Assembly (NCBI GenBank): GCA_965232515.1
Contig: CBDDPY010000002.1
Span: forward strand, 5,472,001-5,536,000
Direction: 5' to 3'
From: Alphaproteobacteria bacterium
GTDB taxonomy: Bacteria; Pseudomonadota; Alphaproteobacteria; GCA-2731375
Length of the DNA stretch: 64,000 nt
Shown here: positions 11,210 through 21,586 of the stretch, piece after piece
Layout of the letters: each line of letters begins with the position of its first letter
Position numbering within the stretch: the stretch's first letter is position 1
The notes under the pieces: generated by a model
Databases searched by the model: none
Told to the model about the DNA's origin: nothing
Seen by the model: only the letters and a program-made list of their open reading frames with translations
Translations under genes and position numbers: made by a program

Positions 11210-12157
11210 TTAACTTTGTGCGAATGCGGCGCGCAGTGCCTTGGCGGATTGATCGATGGCCTCGCGACCGGCATCGACGGCGCCCGACATCGAGTAAAAC
11301 CCGTGAATCATGCCCGAATAGTTGGTGAGCTCGACGTCGACGCCCGCGTCCTTCAGCCGTTCGGCATAGGCAACGCCCTCGTCGCGCAGCGGGTCGTAGC
11401 CGGCGACGATGACCAAAGCCGGCGGCAGGCCCGACAAGTCCGGGCAAAGCAGGGGCGCATACCGCGGGTCCTGGCGATCGGCCGGATTCGGCGTGTACAG
11501 GCTGAAGAACCATTCGATATTACGCCGGGTCAGCAGATAACCCTCGGCGAAGTCGTGGTGCGAGGCCGAATCCGGCGCTGGCGCCGTGCATGGATAGACC
11601 ATTAGTTGGAACGCAAGATCGGGACCGCCGCGGTCGCGGGCGGCGATGGCCGTGACGGCGCTCAGGTTGCCGCCCGCGCTGTCCCCGGCCACGGCGATCC
11701 GGTTTGGATCGCCACCAAATTCCTGCGCGTGTGCGGCCGTCCATGCCAACGCCGCGTAGCAGTCGTCGGGGGCGGCCGGAAAGGCGTGCTCCGGCGCCAG
11801 CCGATAGTCGACCGAGACGACGATGCAGTCTGCCTTTAACGCGAGCGCCCTGCAGATCGAGTCGTAGCTCTCCAAGCCGCCGATAACGAAACCGCCGCCA
11901 TGTAGCCAGAGCAGCACCGGCAGCGGCGCATCCGCCGCCGGCTCGCGCGGCGTATAGATGCGGACCGGTATCGGTCCATTCGGCCCGTCGACCGCGCGGT
12001 CTGTGCTGTTGAACACCTCGGCCGGCTCGGCGTCGAGCACGGTGACCGTCTGTTCGAACTGCACCCGCGCCTCGGCCGGCGACAGCTCGCACAATTCCGG
12101 ATAGCCGGCGTTCTTCACCAGGTCGAGGACATATTCGATCTGCGGGTCGAGGGACAT
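11210..12157 (-). CDS. HSL-family alpha/beta hydrolase (esterase/lipase)
   Basis: HGGGF, VDYRLAPEH, GDSAGG, DPLRDEG and HGF motifs. Confidence 0.92.
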   Translation of the reverse strand: MSLDPQIEYVLDLVKNAGYPELCELSPAEARVQFEQTVTVLDAEPAEVFNSTDRAVDGPNGPIPVRIYTPREPAADAPLPVLLWLHGGGFVIGGLESYDSICRALALKADCIVVSVDYRLAPEHAFPAAPDDCYAALAWTAAHAQEFGGDPNRIAVAGDSAGGNLSAVTAIAARDRGGPDLAFQLMVYPCTAPAPDSASHHDFAEGYLLTRRNIEWFFSLYTPNPADRQDPRYAPLLCPDLSGLPPALVIVAGYDPLRDEGVAYAERLKDAGVDVELTNYSGMIHGFYSMSGAVDAGREAIDQSAKALRAAFAQS

Positions 12158-12302
12158 GGCGCTTACTCGCATTTGTGGAACGTATCTGGCGCCAAATCAT
12201 AACGGCGCGCCACCGGCCGCGCCATGACGACCGCGTGGCAAATGCGGGCGGGTGTAGCGCCGCGGCCGCGGACGGTCAGGTTCGCCGCCGTGAGCGCAAA
12301 AA

Positions 12303-12806
12303 CTAGCCGCTCTTCTGGATGGCGAACTTACCGGTGGCCTTGTAGTCCGCGATCGCCTTTTTCAGCTGGGTGTATTCGCTGCAGCCGAAGAAGCAGGCGC
12401 TGTCCAGCACCTTCAGCCGCGCCTCCGCCGCCGGCAGATCGCCGAGCTTGAGATAGAGCTCGCCCAGATATTCGTTGGCGCCGCGGTGCGACGGCTTGAT
12501 CGTCAGCGCCTGCTGGTAGTAGCGCAGCGCCGCCTCGGTCTCGCCCTTGCGGCTGTTGATGTAGCCGAGATAGTTGAAGGCGTCGGCGTTCTTCGGATCG
12601 GCGGCGACGACCTTCTGCAGCAACGGCGCCGCGCCGTCATAGTCCTTGGCCGCGACCAGCTTTTTCGCGGACTTCCAGTCCGGGTCTTCCGGCGTGCTGA
12701 CTGTTTCGCGATCGTCGCTCTGCGCCGCCTGTGCGGGCGCGGCGCCCAGAACGCCACCGAAAGCGAGCGCGCCGACCAGCGCCAGGATGGCAGGGATTCG
12801 CATCAT
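12303..12806 (-). CDS. Secreted tetratricopeptide-repeat protein
   Basis: Signal peptide ending AQA; TPR repeats (NADAFNYLGY, HRGANEYLGELY). Confidence 0.8.
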   Translation of the reverse strand: MMRIPAILALVGALAFGGVLGAAPAQAAQSDDRETVSTPEDPDWKSAKKLVAAKDYDGAAPLLQKVVAADPKNADAFNYLGYINSRKGETEAALRYYQQALTIKPSHRGANEYLGELYLKLGDLPAAEARLKVLDSACFFGCSEYTQLKKAIADYKATGKFAIQKSG

Positions 12807-13102
12807 CGACTTCCTGTCCCATGGGAATTGCTCAATGCTCATTATACGCCCGTCATGCCGGATGCATCCCCGGCGGGCCGGCTTGGCACGAAATTGTTAC
12901 CGTACGTTGAGAAGGCGACTGCGCCCGGTCGCGGCCTTGGCGTACCCGAGCTCGGACCGATCGACCTGGCAAACCATGACGCTCGCGGTCGGATTGGGCT
13001 ATGCTGAGGGCAACGTCTCGCACATCCATGAGGCACTGGCCGGCCTCGATGCACGGGCCGTGTTCGCGCCAAACCAACCGATGAGCCCAGGGGAATGACA
13101 TC

Positions 13103-14632
13103 ATGAGCGACAAGCAGCCGCTGGCTTTCCGGCTTCACAGCGCCGACAACGTCGTCGTCGCGCGCGCCGACATCCTGCCGGGAACCGAGCTGCCGGGCGA
13201 GGGGGTGACGGCCGGCGGCCACGTGCCGGCCGGACACAAGATCGCCACGGCGGCGATCGCAGTCGGCGAGCCGGTGGTGAAATACGCTCAGATCATCGGC
13301 TTCGCCACCGCCGACATCGCGCCCGGCGAGCATGTGCATACGCAGAATGTCGAGGTCCGCGATTTCGAGCGCGATTACCTGTTCGGCCAGGACGCCAAGC
13401 CGACGCAGTACTTCAACGACACAGAACGCGCCACGTTCCAGGGCATCGTGCGCGCCGACGGACGGGTCGCGACGCGCAACTATATCGGCGTGCTGACCAG
13501 CGTGAATTGCTCGGCCACGGTCGCGCGTTACATCGCCGACACGTTCCGGGGCGGCGCGCTCGACGACTATCCCAACGTCGACGGTGTCGTCGCGCTCACC
13601 CACGGCACGGGCTGCGGCATGGCCGCCTCGGGCGAGGGCTACGAGGCCCTGCAACGCACCATTTCCGGTTATGCCCGGCATCCGAACTTCGACGCCGTGC
13701 TGATCGTCGGCCTCGGCTGCGAGGCGAACCAGATCGGTGCGCTGATGGAGAACGAGGGTCTGGAGATGGGCGAGGCGTTGCACGCCATGACCATCCAGGA
13801 CACCGGCGGCACGGCCGCGACGGTCAAGGAGGGTGTCGCCCGCATCAAGGAAATGCTGCCACGGGCCAACCGGGCGACGCGTGAGACGGTGCCGGCGAGC
13901 GAGTTGATCCTGGCACTGGAGTGCGGCGGCTCGGACGCCTATTCCGGTATCAGCGCCAATCCGTCGCTGGGCGCCGCCGCCGACCTGCTGGTCCGGCACG
14001 GCGGCACGGCCTGCCTCGCCGAGACGCCGGAAATCTACGGCGCCGAGCACTTGCTCACCCGGCGCGCCGTCAGCCGCGAGGTCGGTGAGAAGCTGATCGA
14101 CAAGATCCGCTGGTGGGAGGATTACACCGCACGGAACAAAGGCGAGATGAACAACAATCCCTCGCCTGGCAACAAGGCCGGCGGCCTGACCACGATCCTG
14201 GAGAAGTCGCTCGGCGCCGCCGCCAAGGGCGGCACGAGCAACCTGGTCGACGTCTACGGCTATGCCGAGCCGATCACCGCCAAGGGCTTCGTGTTCATGG
14301 ACACGCCCGGCTACGACCCGGCGTCGGTCACCGGCATGGTCGCCGGCGGCGCCAATGTCTGCTGTTTCACCACCGGCCGCGGCTCGGTGTTCGGCTGCAA
14401 ACCCACGCCGTCGCTCAAGCTCGCCACCAACTCGACCATGTACAACCGCATGGCCGACGACATGGACATCAATTGCGGCCTCGTTGTCGACGGCGAGGCC
14501 TCGGTGGCCGAGATGGGCGAAAAGATCTTCGACAAGATCCTGCGCACGGCGTCGGGCGAACAGACCAAGAGCGAGGAACTCGGCTTCGGCGACGATGAAT
14601 TCGTCCCCTGGACCGTCGGCGCCGTGATGTAG
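13103..14632 (+). CDS. uxaA: Altronate/galactarate dehydratase UxaA family with N-terminal SAF domain
   Basis: DNVVVA..GHKIA..HVHTQN SAF domain; TSVNCS, GLGCE, ECGGSD, NPSPGNKAGGLTTI and FTTGRG motifs. Confidence 0.9.
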   Translation: MSDKQPLAFRLHSADNVVVARADILPGTELPGEGVTAGGHVPAGHKIATAAIAVGEPVVKYAQIIGFATADIAPGEHVHTQNVEVRDFERDYLFGQDAKPTQYFNDTERATFQGIVRADGRVATRNYIGVLTSVNCSATVARYIADTFRGGALDDYPNVDGVVALTHGTGCGMAASGEGYEALQRTISGYARHPNFDAVLIVGLGCEANQIGALMENEGLEMGEALHAMTIQDTGGTAATVKEGVARIKEMLPRANRATRETVPASELILALECGGSDAYSGISANPSLGAAADLLVRHGGTACLAETPEIYGAEHLLTRRAVSREVGEKLIDKIRWWEDYTARNKGEMNNNPSPGNKAGGLTTILEKSLGAAAKGGTSNLVDVYGYAEPITAKGFVFMDTPGYDPASVTGMVAGGANVCCFTTGRGSVFGCKPTPSLKLATNSTMYNRMADDMDINCGLVVDGEASVAEMGEKIFDKILRTASGEQTKSEELGFGDDEFVPWTVGAVM

Positions 14633-14661
14633 GCGGCGCTGTCGCCGGCGGGGTTATAAAT

Positions 14662-14724
14662 CCCTCTCCCGCTTGCGGGAGAGGGAGGGGCCCGCGGCCC
14701 AGCAGGGCCGTGGGAGGGTGAGGG
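14662..14724 (+). repeat. BoxC/triplex-type palindromic repeat, long form; left flank of the DUF559 gene
   Basis: CCCTCTCCCGC-TT-GCGGGAGAGGG hairpin, then AGGGG, inner hairpin CCCGCGGCCC-AGCA-GGGCCGTGGG, then AGGGTGAGGG. Confidence 0.85.
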
Positions 14725-14727
14725 CCC

Positions 14728-15132
14728 ATGGTGACGTGGAAGAAGAAGCCAACGAAGAACGCCCGCATGCTGCGCCGAGACCTGACGGACGCGGAACGCA
14801 AGCTGTGGTACCGCCTTCGTGACCGTCGGCTCAAAGGCCGCAAGTTCCGGCGGCAATACGCCATCGGCCGCTACCTCGTCGACTTCGTGTGCCTCGAAGA
14901 GATGCTCGTCGTCGAAGTCGATGGCGGCCAGCACGCCGATGCTGTCGCTGAAGACGCCGTTCGATCAAATTGGCTGGAGGGTCAGAGCTTCCGTGTCTTG
15001 CGGTTCTGGAACAATGATGTGTTGAAGAATATCGACGGCGTCCTCACCCAAATCGCGGGCTCGTTCGGCCCTCACCCCGACCCTCTCCCGCAGGCGGGAG
15101 AGGGGGCGTTAACCGGCGATAATCGCCCTTGA
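14728..15132 (+). CDS. DUF559 (Vsr-like, restriction-endonuclease fold) endonuclease
   Basis: ARMLRRDLTDAERKLW, KFRRQYAIGRYLVDFVC, VVEVDGGQH and VLRFWNNDV motifs. The C-terminal PHPDPLPQAGEG is the translated right repeat. Confidence 0.9.
   Translation: MVTWKKKPTKNARMLRRDLTDAERKLWYRLRDRRLKGRKFRRQYAIGRYLVDFVCLEEMLVVEVDGGQHADAVAEDAVRSNWLEGQSFRVLRFWNNDVLKNIDGVLTQIAGSFGPHPDPLPQAGEGALTGDNRP
15069..15104 (-). repeat. BoxC/triplex-type repeat, short form, inverted; right flank of the DUF559 gene
   Basis: CCCTCACCCCGA-CCCTCTCCCGC-AG-GCGGGAGAGGG. Confidence 0.85.
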
Positions 15133-15191
15133 TGGCTACTTCTCCATAATGTCGTCTCTTTCATCAAAACCCAATAAGAAGGACCTCCCCC

Positions 15192-15959
15192 ATGCGTGAC
15201 CGTTTCGCAATTCCCGGCAAGACCGCTCTGGTGACGGGCAGCAGCCGCGGGCTCGGCTGGGCTATCGCCAAGGGGCTGGCCGAGAGCGGCGCGCATGTCG
15301 TGATCAATGCCCGCAACGCCGACGCCTGCGCCGAACGCGTGGCCGAGCTCGAGGCCGGAGGCCACCAGGCCTCCGTCGCCGCGTTCGACGCCGCCGACTT
15401 CGACGCCGCCAAGGCCGCCGTTGCCGAGATCACCGGCCGTCGGGGCAGTCTCGACGTGCTGGTCAACAATGCCGGCATGGTCCATCGCCAGCCGCTGCTT
15501 GAATGGTCGGACGCCGACTGGTTGCGCATGATGGACGTGAATCTGAACGCCTGCTTCGTGCTCGCACGCGAGGCGGCGCGCGGCATGGTCGATCGCGGCT
15601 GGGGCCGGATCATCAATGTCGGCTCGGTGCTGAGCTTCGTCGCCCGGCCGACCATCCCCGGCTATGTCGCGACCAAGCACGGTCTCGCCGGCCTGACCAA
15701 GGCGCTCGCTACCGAGTTTGGGCCGAAGGGCGTCACGGCGAACGCCATCTGTCCCGGCTATTTCGCCACCGAGTTGAACGTCACGCTGAAGGAAGATGCC
15801 GAATTCAACGCGCTGGTCACGGGCCGCACACCGGTCGGCCGCTGGGGCGAGCCGGACGAGCTCGCCGGTCTTGCTATTTATCTTGCCTCCAACGACGCGG
15901 CTTACATGAACGGCGCCATCATCCCCATCGACGGCGGCATCGTCGCTGCGATGTACTAA
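15192..15959 (+). CDS. SDR oxidoreductase, gluconate 5-dehydrogenase-like
   Basis: TGSSRGLG, NNAG, YVATK, PGYFATELN and RTPVGRWG motifs. Confidence 0.85.
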   Translation: MRDRFAIPGKTALVTGSSRGLGWAIAKGLAESGAHVVINARNADACAERVAELEAGGHQASVAAFDAADFDAAKAAVAEITGRRGSLDVLVNNAGMVHRQPLLEWSDADWLRMMDVNLNACFVLAREAARGMVDRGWGRIINVGSVLSFVARPTIPGYVATKHGLAGLTKALATEFGPKGVTANAICPGYFATELNVTLKEDAEFNALVTGRTPVGRWGEPDELAGLAIYLASNDAAYMNGAIIPIDGGIVAAMY

Positions 15960-17297
15960 CTAACTGCTGACGCTGCGTTCCAGTGCCGGGTAGCGGGCAG
16001 CGAGCGTGGCCGCGCGGGCGGTCATGAAGGCCGTCAGCGCCAGCCAGAGGCCGTGGTTGCCGAGCAGGGGTTCGAAGGCGTAGAGGGCGGCGAGAAAGAC
16101 GCCGAACGACAGCAGCATCATGTTGCGCATATCGGCGCTGCGCGTGGCGCCGATGAAAATCCCGTCGAGCTGGTAGCCCCAGACCGCGATCAGCGGCATG
16201 GCGATGATCCACCATTGATAGGTCTCGGCCAGCGCCCGCACCTCGGGCACGCCGGTCAGCACGTTGATCAGAAGATAGCCGAGGCCGGCATAGACCGCTG
16301 CATAGGCGAGCGCGCAGATCAGCGCCCAGATCGTGGTCATCCGCACGGCCTCGCGCAGCGCCTGGCGGTCGCGCGCGCCGACCGCGCCGCCGACCAGCGC
16401 CTCGACCGCGAACGCGAAGCCGTCGAGGCCGAACGCGAGGAAGCTGATGAAGTTCAGCAGCACCGCGTTCGCCGCCAGGATCTCGTCGCCGGCCGCGGCG
16501 CCGCGCGCCTTGAAGATGGCGAAGGCCATCAGCACGCACATCGTGCGGACAAAGATGTCGAAGTTCACGACCAGCATCCGCTGCAGGCGCTCCAGCAGCA
16601 CGATCCTCGCCCATTGGAAATGACCGCCGACGGTCTTCAGGTTGCCCGGCACCAGCGCCAGTCCAATGGCGACGCCGCCGTATTCGGCGATCAGCGTGCC
16701 CAGCGCCACGCCCGGCACGCCCCAGCCAAACCCGATCACGAAGATCAGCGTCAGCACGATGTTGATGCCGTTGGTGGCGATCTGCAGGATCAGCACCGCC
16801 TTGGTGTTGCGGATGCCGATGAACCAGCCCATCAGCGCGAAGTTCGCCAGCGCCGCCGGCGCGCCCCAGATCCGGATCGCCAGGTACTCGCGCGCCAGCC
16901 GCTCGACATCAGCGCTGGCGTCGATCAGGCCGAAGGCGACGGCGGCGATGACGTCCTGGAACAGGATCGAGGCGAGGCCGAAGACCACGGCGAGCAGCAG
17001 CGCCCGGCCCAGGTTGGCGCGGACTTCGTCGCCGTCGTCGGCGCCGAACGCCTGCGCCGTGAACCCGGTCGTGCCCATGCGCAGGAAGCCGAAGGCCCAG
17101 TAGATGATGGTGAAGATCATCGCGCCGACGGCGACCGCGCCCAGGTAATAGGCCGCCGGCAGGTGCCCGACCACGGCGGTGTCGACCGCGCCCAGCAGCG
17201 GCACCGTCGAGTTCGACAGGATGATCGGTCCCGCCAGCCGCCAGACCCGGCCATGCGTGACCGGTTCCAGGCGCGCCAGCCGCGTCTGATCGTTCAT
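15960..17297 (-). CDS. MATE family efflux transporter (DinF-like)
   Basis: PLLGAVDTAVVGHL, FGFLRMGTTG, DGFA and LDGIFIGATR motifs; about 12 TM segments. Confidence 0.9.
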   Translation of the reverse strand: MNDQTRLARLEPVTHGRVWRLAGPIILSNSTVPLLGAVDTAVVGHLPAAYYLGAVAVGAMIFTIIYWAFGFLRMGTTGFTAQAFGADDGDEVRANLGRALLLAVVFGLASILFQDVIAAVAFGLIDASADVERLAREYLAIRIWGAPAALANFALMGWFIGIRNTKAVLILQIATNGINIVLTLIFVIGFGWGVPGVALGTLIAEYGGVAIGLALVPGNLKTVGGHFQWARIVLLERLQRMLVVNFDIFVRTMCVLMAFAIFKARGAAAGDEILAANAVLLNFISFLAFGLDGFAFAVEALVGGAVGARDRQALREAVRMTTIWALICALAYAAVYAGLGYLLINVLTGVPEVRALAETYQWWIIAMPLIAVWGYQLDGIFIGATRSADMRNMMLLSFGVFLAALYAFEPLLGNHGLWLALTAFMTARAATLAARYPALERSVSS

Positions 17298-17350
17298 GGC
17301 GGCGATCATAGCGGCTTGCCGAATGCACCGCGCCATATCACTTTGCTGCC

Positions 17351-18259
17351 ATGACGCTGAGGATTGTGCACCATCCCGCCTATGTCGCGAGCCTGCCCGA
17401 CGGCCACCGGTTTCCGATGGACAAGTTCGGCCGCCTGATCGAGGTGCTGCGCGCCGACGGGCTGGCGGCCAACGGCAACTGCCACATGCCCGAACCGGCG
17501 CCGCGCTGGTGGCTGGAGCTGGCGCATGACGCCGAGTATGTCGGCGACATCCTGGATCTCACCGCCGGGCCCGAAACCATGCGCCGCATCGGGCTGCCGC
17601 TGACGCCTTCGCTGGTGGCGCGCTCGCGGCTCGCCGTCGCCGGCACCGTGCTCGCAGCCGGGCTGGCGTTGGACCACGGCCTTGCCTGCAACACCGCCGG
17701 CGGCAGCCACCATGCCCAGAGCGGAACCGGCGCCGGCTTCTGCGTCTTCAACGACGTTGCCGTCGCCGCCCGCGTCATGCAGGCCCACGGCCGGGCGCTG
17801 CAGATGCTGGTGATCGATCTCGACGTGCATCAGGGCGACGGCACGGCCGAGATCTTCCGCGGCGACGCCGCGGTCTTCACCTTCTCCATGCACGGGCAGA
17901 AGAACTATCCCGTGCGCAAGCAGACGAGTGACCTCGACGTGCCGCTGCCCGACGGCATGGGCGATGACGCCTATCTGACGACGTTGCGCGAGAGCCTGGA
18001 TCTGGTCTGGTCGCGCGTCCAGCCCGATCTCGTCTTCTACAACGCCGGCGTCGATCCGCACGCCGACGACCGGCTTGGGAAGCTCGCCTTGAGCGATGCG
18101 GGTCTCCTCGCCCGCGACCGCTTGGTGATCGACGATTGCCGGACCCGCGGCTTGCCGCTCGCCGGGGTCATCGGCGGCGGCTACGGCGCCGACATCGACG
18201 CCATCGCCCGCCGCCACGCGCTGCTATACCAAGCCGCGCTTGAAGCGACGTCGGTCTAA
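17351..18259 (+). CDS. Histone deacetylase family protein
   Basis: [32 protein letters not shown] and GGGY motifs. Confidence 0.92.
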   Translation: MTLRIVHHPAYVASLPDGHRFPMDKFGRLIEVLRADGLAANGNCHMPEPAPRWWLELAHDAEYVGDILDLTAGPETMRRIGLPLTPSLVARSRLAVAGTVLAAGLALDHGLACNTAGGSHHAQSGTGAGFCVFNDVAVAARVMQAHGRALQMLVIDLDVHQGDGTAEIFRGDAAVFTFSMHGQKNYPVRKQTSDLDVPLPDGMGDDAYLTTLRESLDLVWSRVQPDLVFYNAGVDPHADDRLGKLALSDAGLLARDRLVIDDCRTRGLPLAGVIGGGYGADIDAIARRHALLYQAALEATSV

Positions 18260-19176
18260 AGCGGCTGCCAGCCGGTGCCGTAGTGGCCGAAGGTCAGCAG
18301 ATCCGGATGCAGAATCTCGGCCAGGATCTCCAGCGAATCGGCGACGCGCGGTCCCGGCCGGTTGAAATACTGATGCCCGTCGGTCAGGTAGACCCGGCCG
18401 GCGCGCACCGCGCGCAGCCGCGACCAAATGTCCGACGCGGCCAGGGTCGGCATCTCCTCGCGCGTCCGGGCGATGTCGAAGCCGCAGGGCATGACGATGA
18501 CGACATCGGGGTCGGCCGCGGCGAGCGCCTCCCAGGTCAGCCAGGGCGAGTGGACGCCGGCCGCGCCGAACAGATTGACGCCGCCCGCCATCGTCACCAG
18601 CTCCGGCAGCCAGTTGCCGGCCGCCATCAATGGATCGATCCACTCGATGCAGGCGACCGTCGGCCTGGCCCTCATGCTGGCCGCGACGTCCGAGACGGCC
18701 GCCATGCGCCGCTGCAGCGCCGCCACCAGATCGTCACCGCGATCCGCCGCGTTGAGCGCCGCCGCCGCGGTCCGGATATCGGCCCAGATTCCGTCGAGCG
18801 CCGTCGCCTCGAGCGAGACCAGCCGGGTGTCGTGGCCGGTGAGGCCGGCAACTGCCTCTTCCACCTGGTGGAGCGCGACGGCGCAGACCTCGCATTGCGT
18901 TTGGGTGACAACATGCGTCGGCGAAAGCTCGCGCAGGCGCTGGGTGTCGACCTCGTAGATCGATAAAGCGTCGCGCAGCCGTTCTTTCACCTGCCGGTCG
19001 ATTTCCGCGCTGGAACGGCTGACGTCGAGACGTGCCGCGGTGCAGGCCGGCAGTTCTTCGACCTTTTTCGGGTAGTCGCATTCATGGCTGCGGCCGACAA
19101 GATGGTCGACGAAGCCCAGGGCCGCGACGATCTCGGTCGCGCTGGGCAACAACGAGACGATGCGCGGATCGGACAT
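18256..19176 (-). CDS. Cobalamin/Fe-siderophore-type binding protein fold, no signal peptide
   Basis: [34 protein letters not shown] and FNRPGPR motifs. Confidence 0.82.
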   Translation of the reverse strand: MSDPRIVSLLPSATEIVAALGFVDHLVGRSHECDYPKKVEELPACTAARLDVSRSSAEIDRQVKERLRDALSIYEVDTQRLRELSPTHVVTQTQCEVCAVALHQVEEAVAGLTGHDTRLVSLEATALDGIWADIRTAAAALNAADRGDDLVAALQRRMAAVSDVAASMRARPTVACIEWIDPLMAAGNWLPELVTMAGGVNLFGAAGVHSPWLTWEALAAADPDVVIVMPCGFDIARTREEMPTLAASDIWSRLRAVRAGRVYLTDGHQYFNRPGPRVADSLEILAEILHPDLLTFGHYGTGWQPL

Positions 19177-19314
19177 CGTTGGCGGTCGAGCTCCGGGGCG
19201 GCGCGATGATTGACGTCCAATGATAGCGGATTAAATCCGACTTTGTGGAATTTCGGTCCATTTGGCGATGGACTCGGCCGGAACAACACGACGAAAATGT
19301 GGGTTGTTCCAAAA

Positions 19315-19347
19315 GCGTAACAAAACTGACGGCAAACCGTCATGAGC
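19315..19347 (+). promoter_or_regulatory. Probable Pho box upstream of phoX
   Basis: Three 11-bp-phased units GCGTAACAAAA, CTGACGGCAAA and CCGTCATGAGC resemble CTGTCAT-A/T-rich; consistent with phoX context. Confidence 0.5.
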
Positions 19348-19426
19348 AAAAGGTTAACAGGTTGATCGAGGCATGACAGCACGGTCTCGGGCCCGTGGCT
19401 GCTGTAGCGACTGAGGAGAACCGCAC

Positions 19427-21412
19427 ATGAAGCCGACCGACACCCCAGGTGTATCTCGCGCTGAAGCCTACGAGCTTTCCGAAGATACGCCGACCAACCC
19501 TTCAACCATGCCGACAATGGGCGACATCATCGCCAAGCGGCTCGACCGGCGCACGGTGCTGCGCGGCGCGCTGACGACGACGGCGCTCGCCGCCACGGTC
19601 GGCCCGCTGGTCACGCTCGGCAGCAAGACGGCGCAGGCCAAAGGTCCGTCGTTCGATTTCGAAGAAATCCAGCACGGCGTCGACGAGACGCACCATGTCG
19701 CGCCGGGCTACGACGCCGACATCCTGATCCGCTGGGGCGACAAGCTGGCCCCGGATGCGCCCGACTTCGATCCGATGAACCAGACCGCCGCGGCGCAGGA
19801 ACAGCAGTTCGGCTACAACAACGACTATCTCGGCTTCGTGCCGCTGAACGACGACGGCAGCCGGGCGCTGCTCTGCGTCAACCACGAATACACCAACGAA
19901 GAGCTCATGTTCCCGGGCCTCGGCCGGCAGGACAAGATCGATTTCGTTGGCATGACCGAGGAACTGGTCAATATCGAGATGTCGGCGCACGGCGGTTCGG
20001 TCGTCGAGGTCGAGAAGACCGGCGGCAAATGGCAAGTCGTCCTCGACAGCAAGTACAACCGCCGGCTGACGATGCGCACCACCGAGATGGCGCTCAGCGG
20101 GCCTGCCGCCGGACACGACCGTCTGAAGACATCGGCCGACGCGACGGGACGTCGGGTGATCGGTACGCTCAACAACTGCGCCGGCGGCATCACGCCCTGG
20201 GGTACCTACCTGATGGCCGAGGAGAACTTCCACGGCTATTTCCAGGGCGATATTGCCGGCAGTACCGAGGAGCGCAACCACAAGCGCTATGGCGTGCCGG
20301 GTGGCTGGTACGGATGGGCCAAGTTTCACAAGCGCTTCGACGTCAGCGCCGAACCAAACGAGCCGAACCGGTTCGGCTGGGTCACCGAGGTCGATCCGAT
20401 GGATCCAAGCTCGATGCCGAAAAAGCGCACGGCGATGGGGCGCTTCAAGCACGAGGGCGCCGAGAGCATTGTCAACGCCGACGGTCGCGTCGTGGTCTAT
20501 TCCGGCGACGACCAACGCTTCGACTATCTCTACAAGTTCATCTCGGCCGGCCGTTACAATCCGGACGATCGCGCGGCCAACATGGACCTGCTGGATGACG
20601 GCACGCTGTACGTCGCCCGGTTCAACGAGGACGGCACGATGGACTGGCTGCCGCTGGTCCACGGTCAGGGCCCGCTCACGGCCGAGAATGGCTTCAACAG
20701 CCAGGCCGATGTGCTGATCGAGACCCGGCTGGCGGCGGACCTTCTGGGGGCGACGCCGATGGACCGGCCCGAGGACGTCGAGCCGAATCCGGCCACCGGC
20801 AAGGTCTATGTGATGCTGACCAACAACAGCAAGCGCAAGAGCGATGCGGTGGACGCCGCCAATCCGCGCGGACCCAACACCTTTGGCCATATCGTCGAAC
20901 TGATCCCGCCGGACGGCGATCACACCGCCGCGGCCGGCAAGTGGGAGATCCTGGTCAAGTGCGGCGACCCGTCGGTGGCCGAGGTCGGTGCGCTCTGGAA
21001 TGCCGCGACCACCGAGAACGGCTGGTTCGCCTCGCCCGACAACTGCGCCGTCGACGCCAAGGGCCGGCTCTGGATCAGCACCGACCAGGGCAGCGGCTGG
21101 GCCAAGACCGGCACCGCCGACGGCGTCTGGGCGATGGAGACCGAGGGCGAGCTGCGCGGCACCGGCAAGATGTTCTTCCGTGTGCCGGTGGGCGCCGAGA
21201 TGTGCGGGCCGAAGTTCACGCCGGACGGCCGAGCCCTGTTCGTCGCCGTGCAGCACCCCGCGGCCGACGGCGCCAAGGCCTACGAGCCGTTCGGCAAGAA
21301 CTCGACCTTCGAGGAACCGGCGACGCGTTGGCCGGACTTCAAGGACGACATGCCGGTGCGGCCGTCCGTCGTCGTCATCACCAAGCAGGACGGCGGCGCG
21401 ATTGGCGGCTGA
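19427..21412 (+). CDS. phoX: PhoX family alkaline phosphatase (Tat-exported)
   Basis: DRRTVLRG Tat motif; VNHEY, NNCAGGITPWGTYLMAEEN, GRFKHE, MDRPED, PDN, AEMCG and VQHP motifs. Confidence 0.95.
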   Translation: MKPTDTPGVSRAEAYELSEDTPTNPSTMPTMGDIIAKRLDRRTVLRGALTTTALAATVGPLVTLGSKTAQAKGPSFDFEEIQHGVDETHHVAPGYDADILIRWGDKLAPDAPDFDPMNQTAAAQEQQFGYNNDYLGFVPLNDDGSRALLCVNHEYTNEELMFPGLGRQDKIDFVGMTEELVNIEMSAHGGSVVEVEKTGGKWQVVLDSKYNRRLTMRTTEMALSGPAAGHDRLKTSADATGRRVIGTLNNCAGGITPWGTYLMAEENFHGYFQGDIAGSTEERNHKRYGVPGGWYGWAKFHKRFDVSAEPNEPNRFGWVTEVDPMDPSSMPKKRTAMGRFKHEGAESIVNADGRVVVYSGDDQRFDYLYKFISAGRYNPDDRAANMDLLDDGTLYVARFNEDGTMDWLPLVHGQGPLTAENGFNSQADVLIETRLAADLLGATPMDRPEDVEPNPATGKVYVMLTNNSKRKSDAVDAANPRGPNTFGHIVELIPPDGDHTAAAGKWEILVKCGDPSVAEVGALWNAATTENGWFASPDNCAVDAKGRLWISTDQGSGWAKTGTADGVWAMETEGELRGTGKMFFRVPVGAEMCGPKFTPDGRALFVAVQHPAADGAKAYEPFGKNSTFEEPATRWPDFKDDMPVRPSVVVITKQDGGAIGG

Positions 21413-21444
21413 CGCCAGCGTCAATTCTCCAACCGACTTCTCCC

Positions 21445-21481
21445 GCCCCGCCCGGCGATCCGCCGGGCGGGGCTCTTCTTT
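21445..21481 (+). terminator. Rho-independent terminator after phoX
   Basis: GCCCCGCCCGGCG-ATC-CGCCGGGCGGGGC followed by TCTTCTTT. Confidence 0.75.
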
Positions 21482-21586
21482 GCCGCGATTGCTTTGTCGC
21501 CGGCCGGTTTCCGCTGCTATTGTGATGCCGGAACGCTGGCGATTCGTGGGGGCCGGCAAGACAAAAGGGCTACGAGGGGAGCTGAC

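Noticed and set aside
11199-11214. GTTAACGTCGGTTAAC as a CtrA site near the PilZ gene
   Set aside because: Spacing is TTAA-N6-TTAA rather than N7, and one half is the esterase stop codon.
12884-12900. TGGCACGAAATTGTT as a sigma-54 promoter
   Set aside because: The -12 GC is absent at the required GG-N10-GC spacing.
12843-13102. Possible small ORF or gene remnant upstream of uxaA
   Set aside because: No convincing start/RBS or recognisable domain in any frame.
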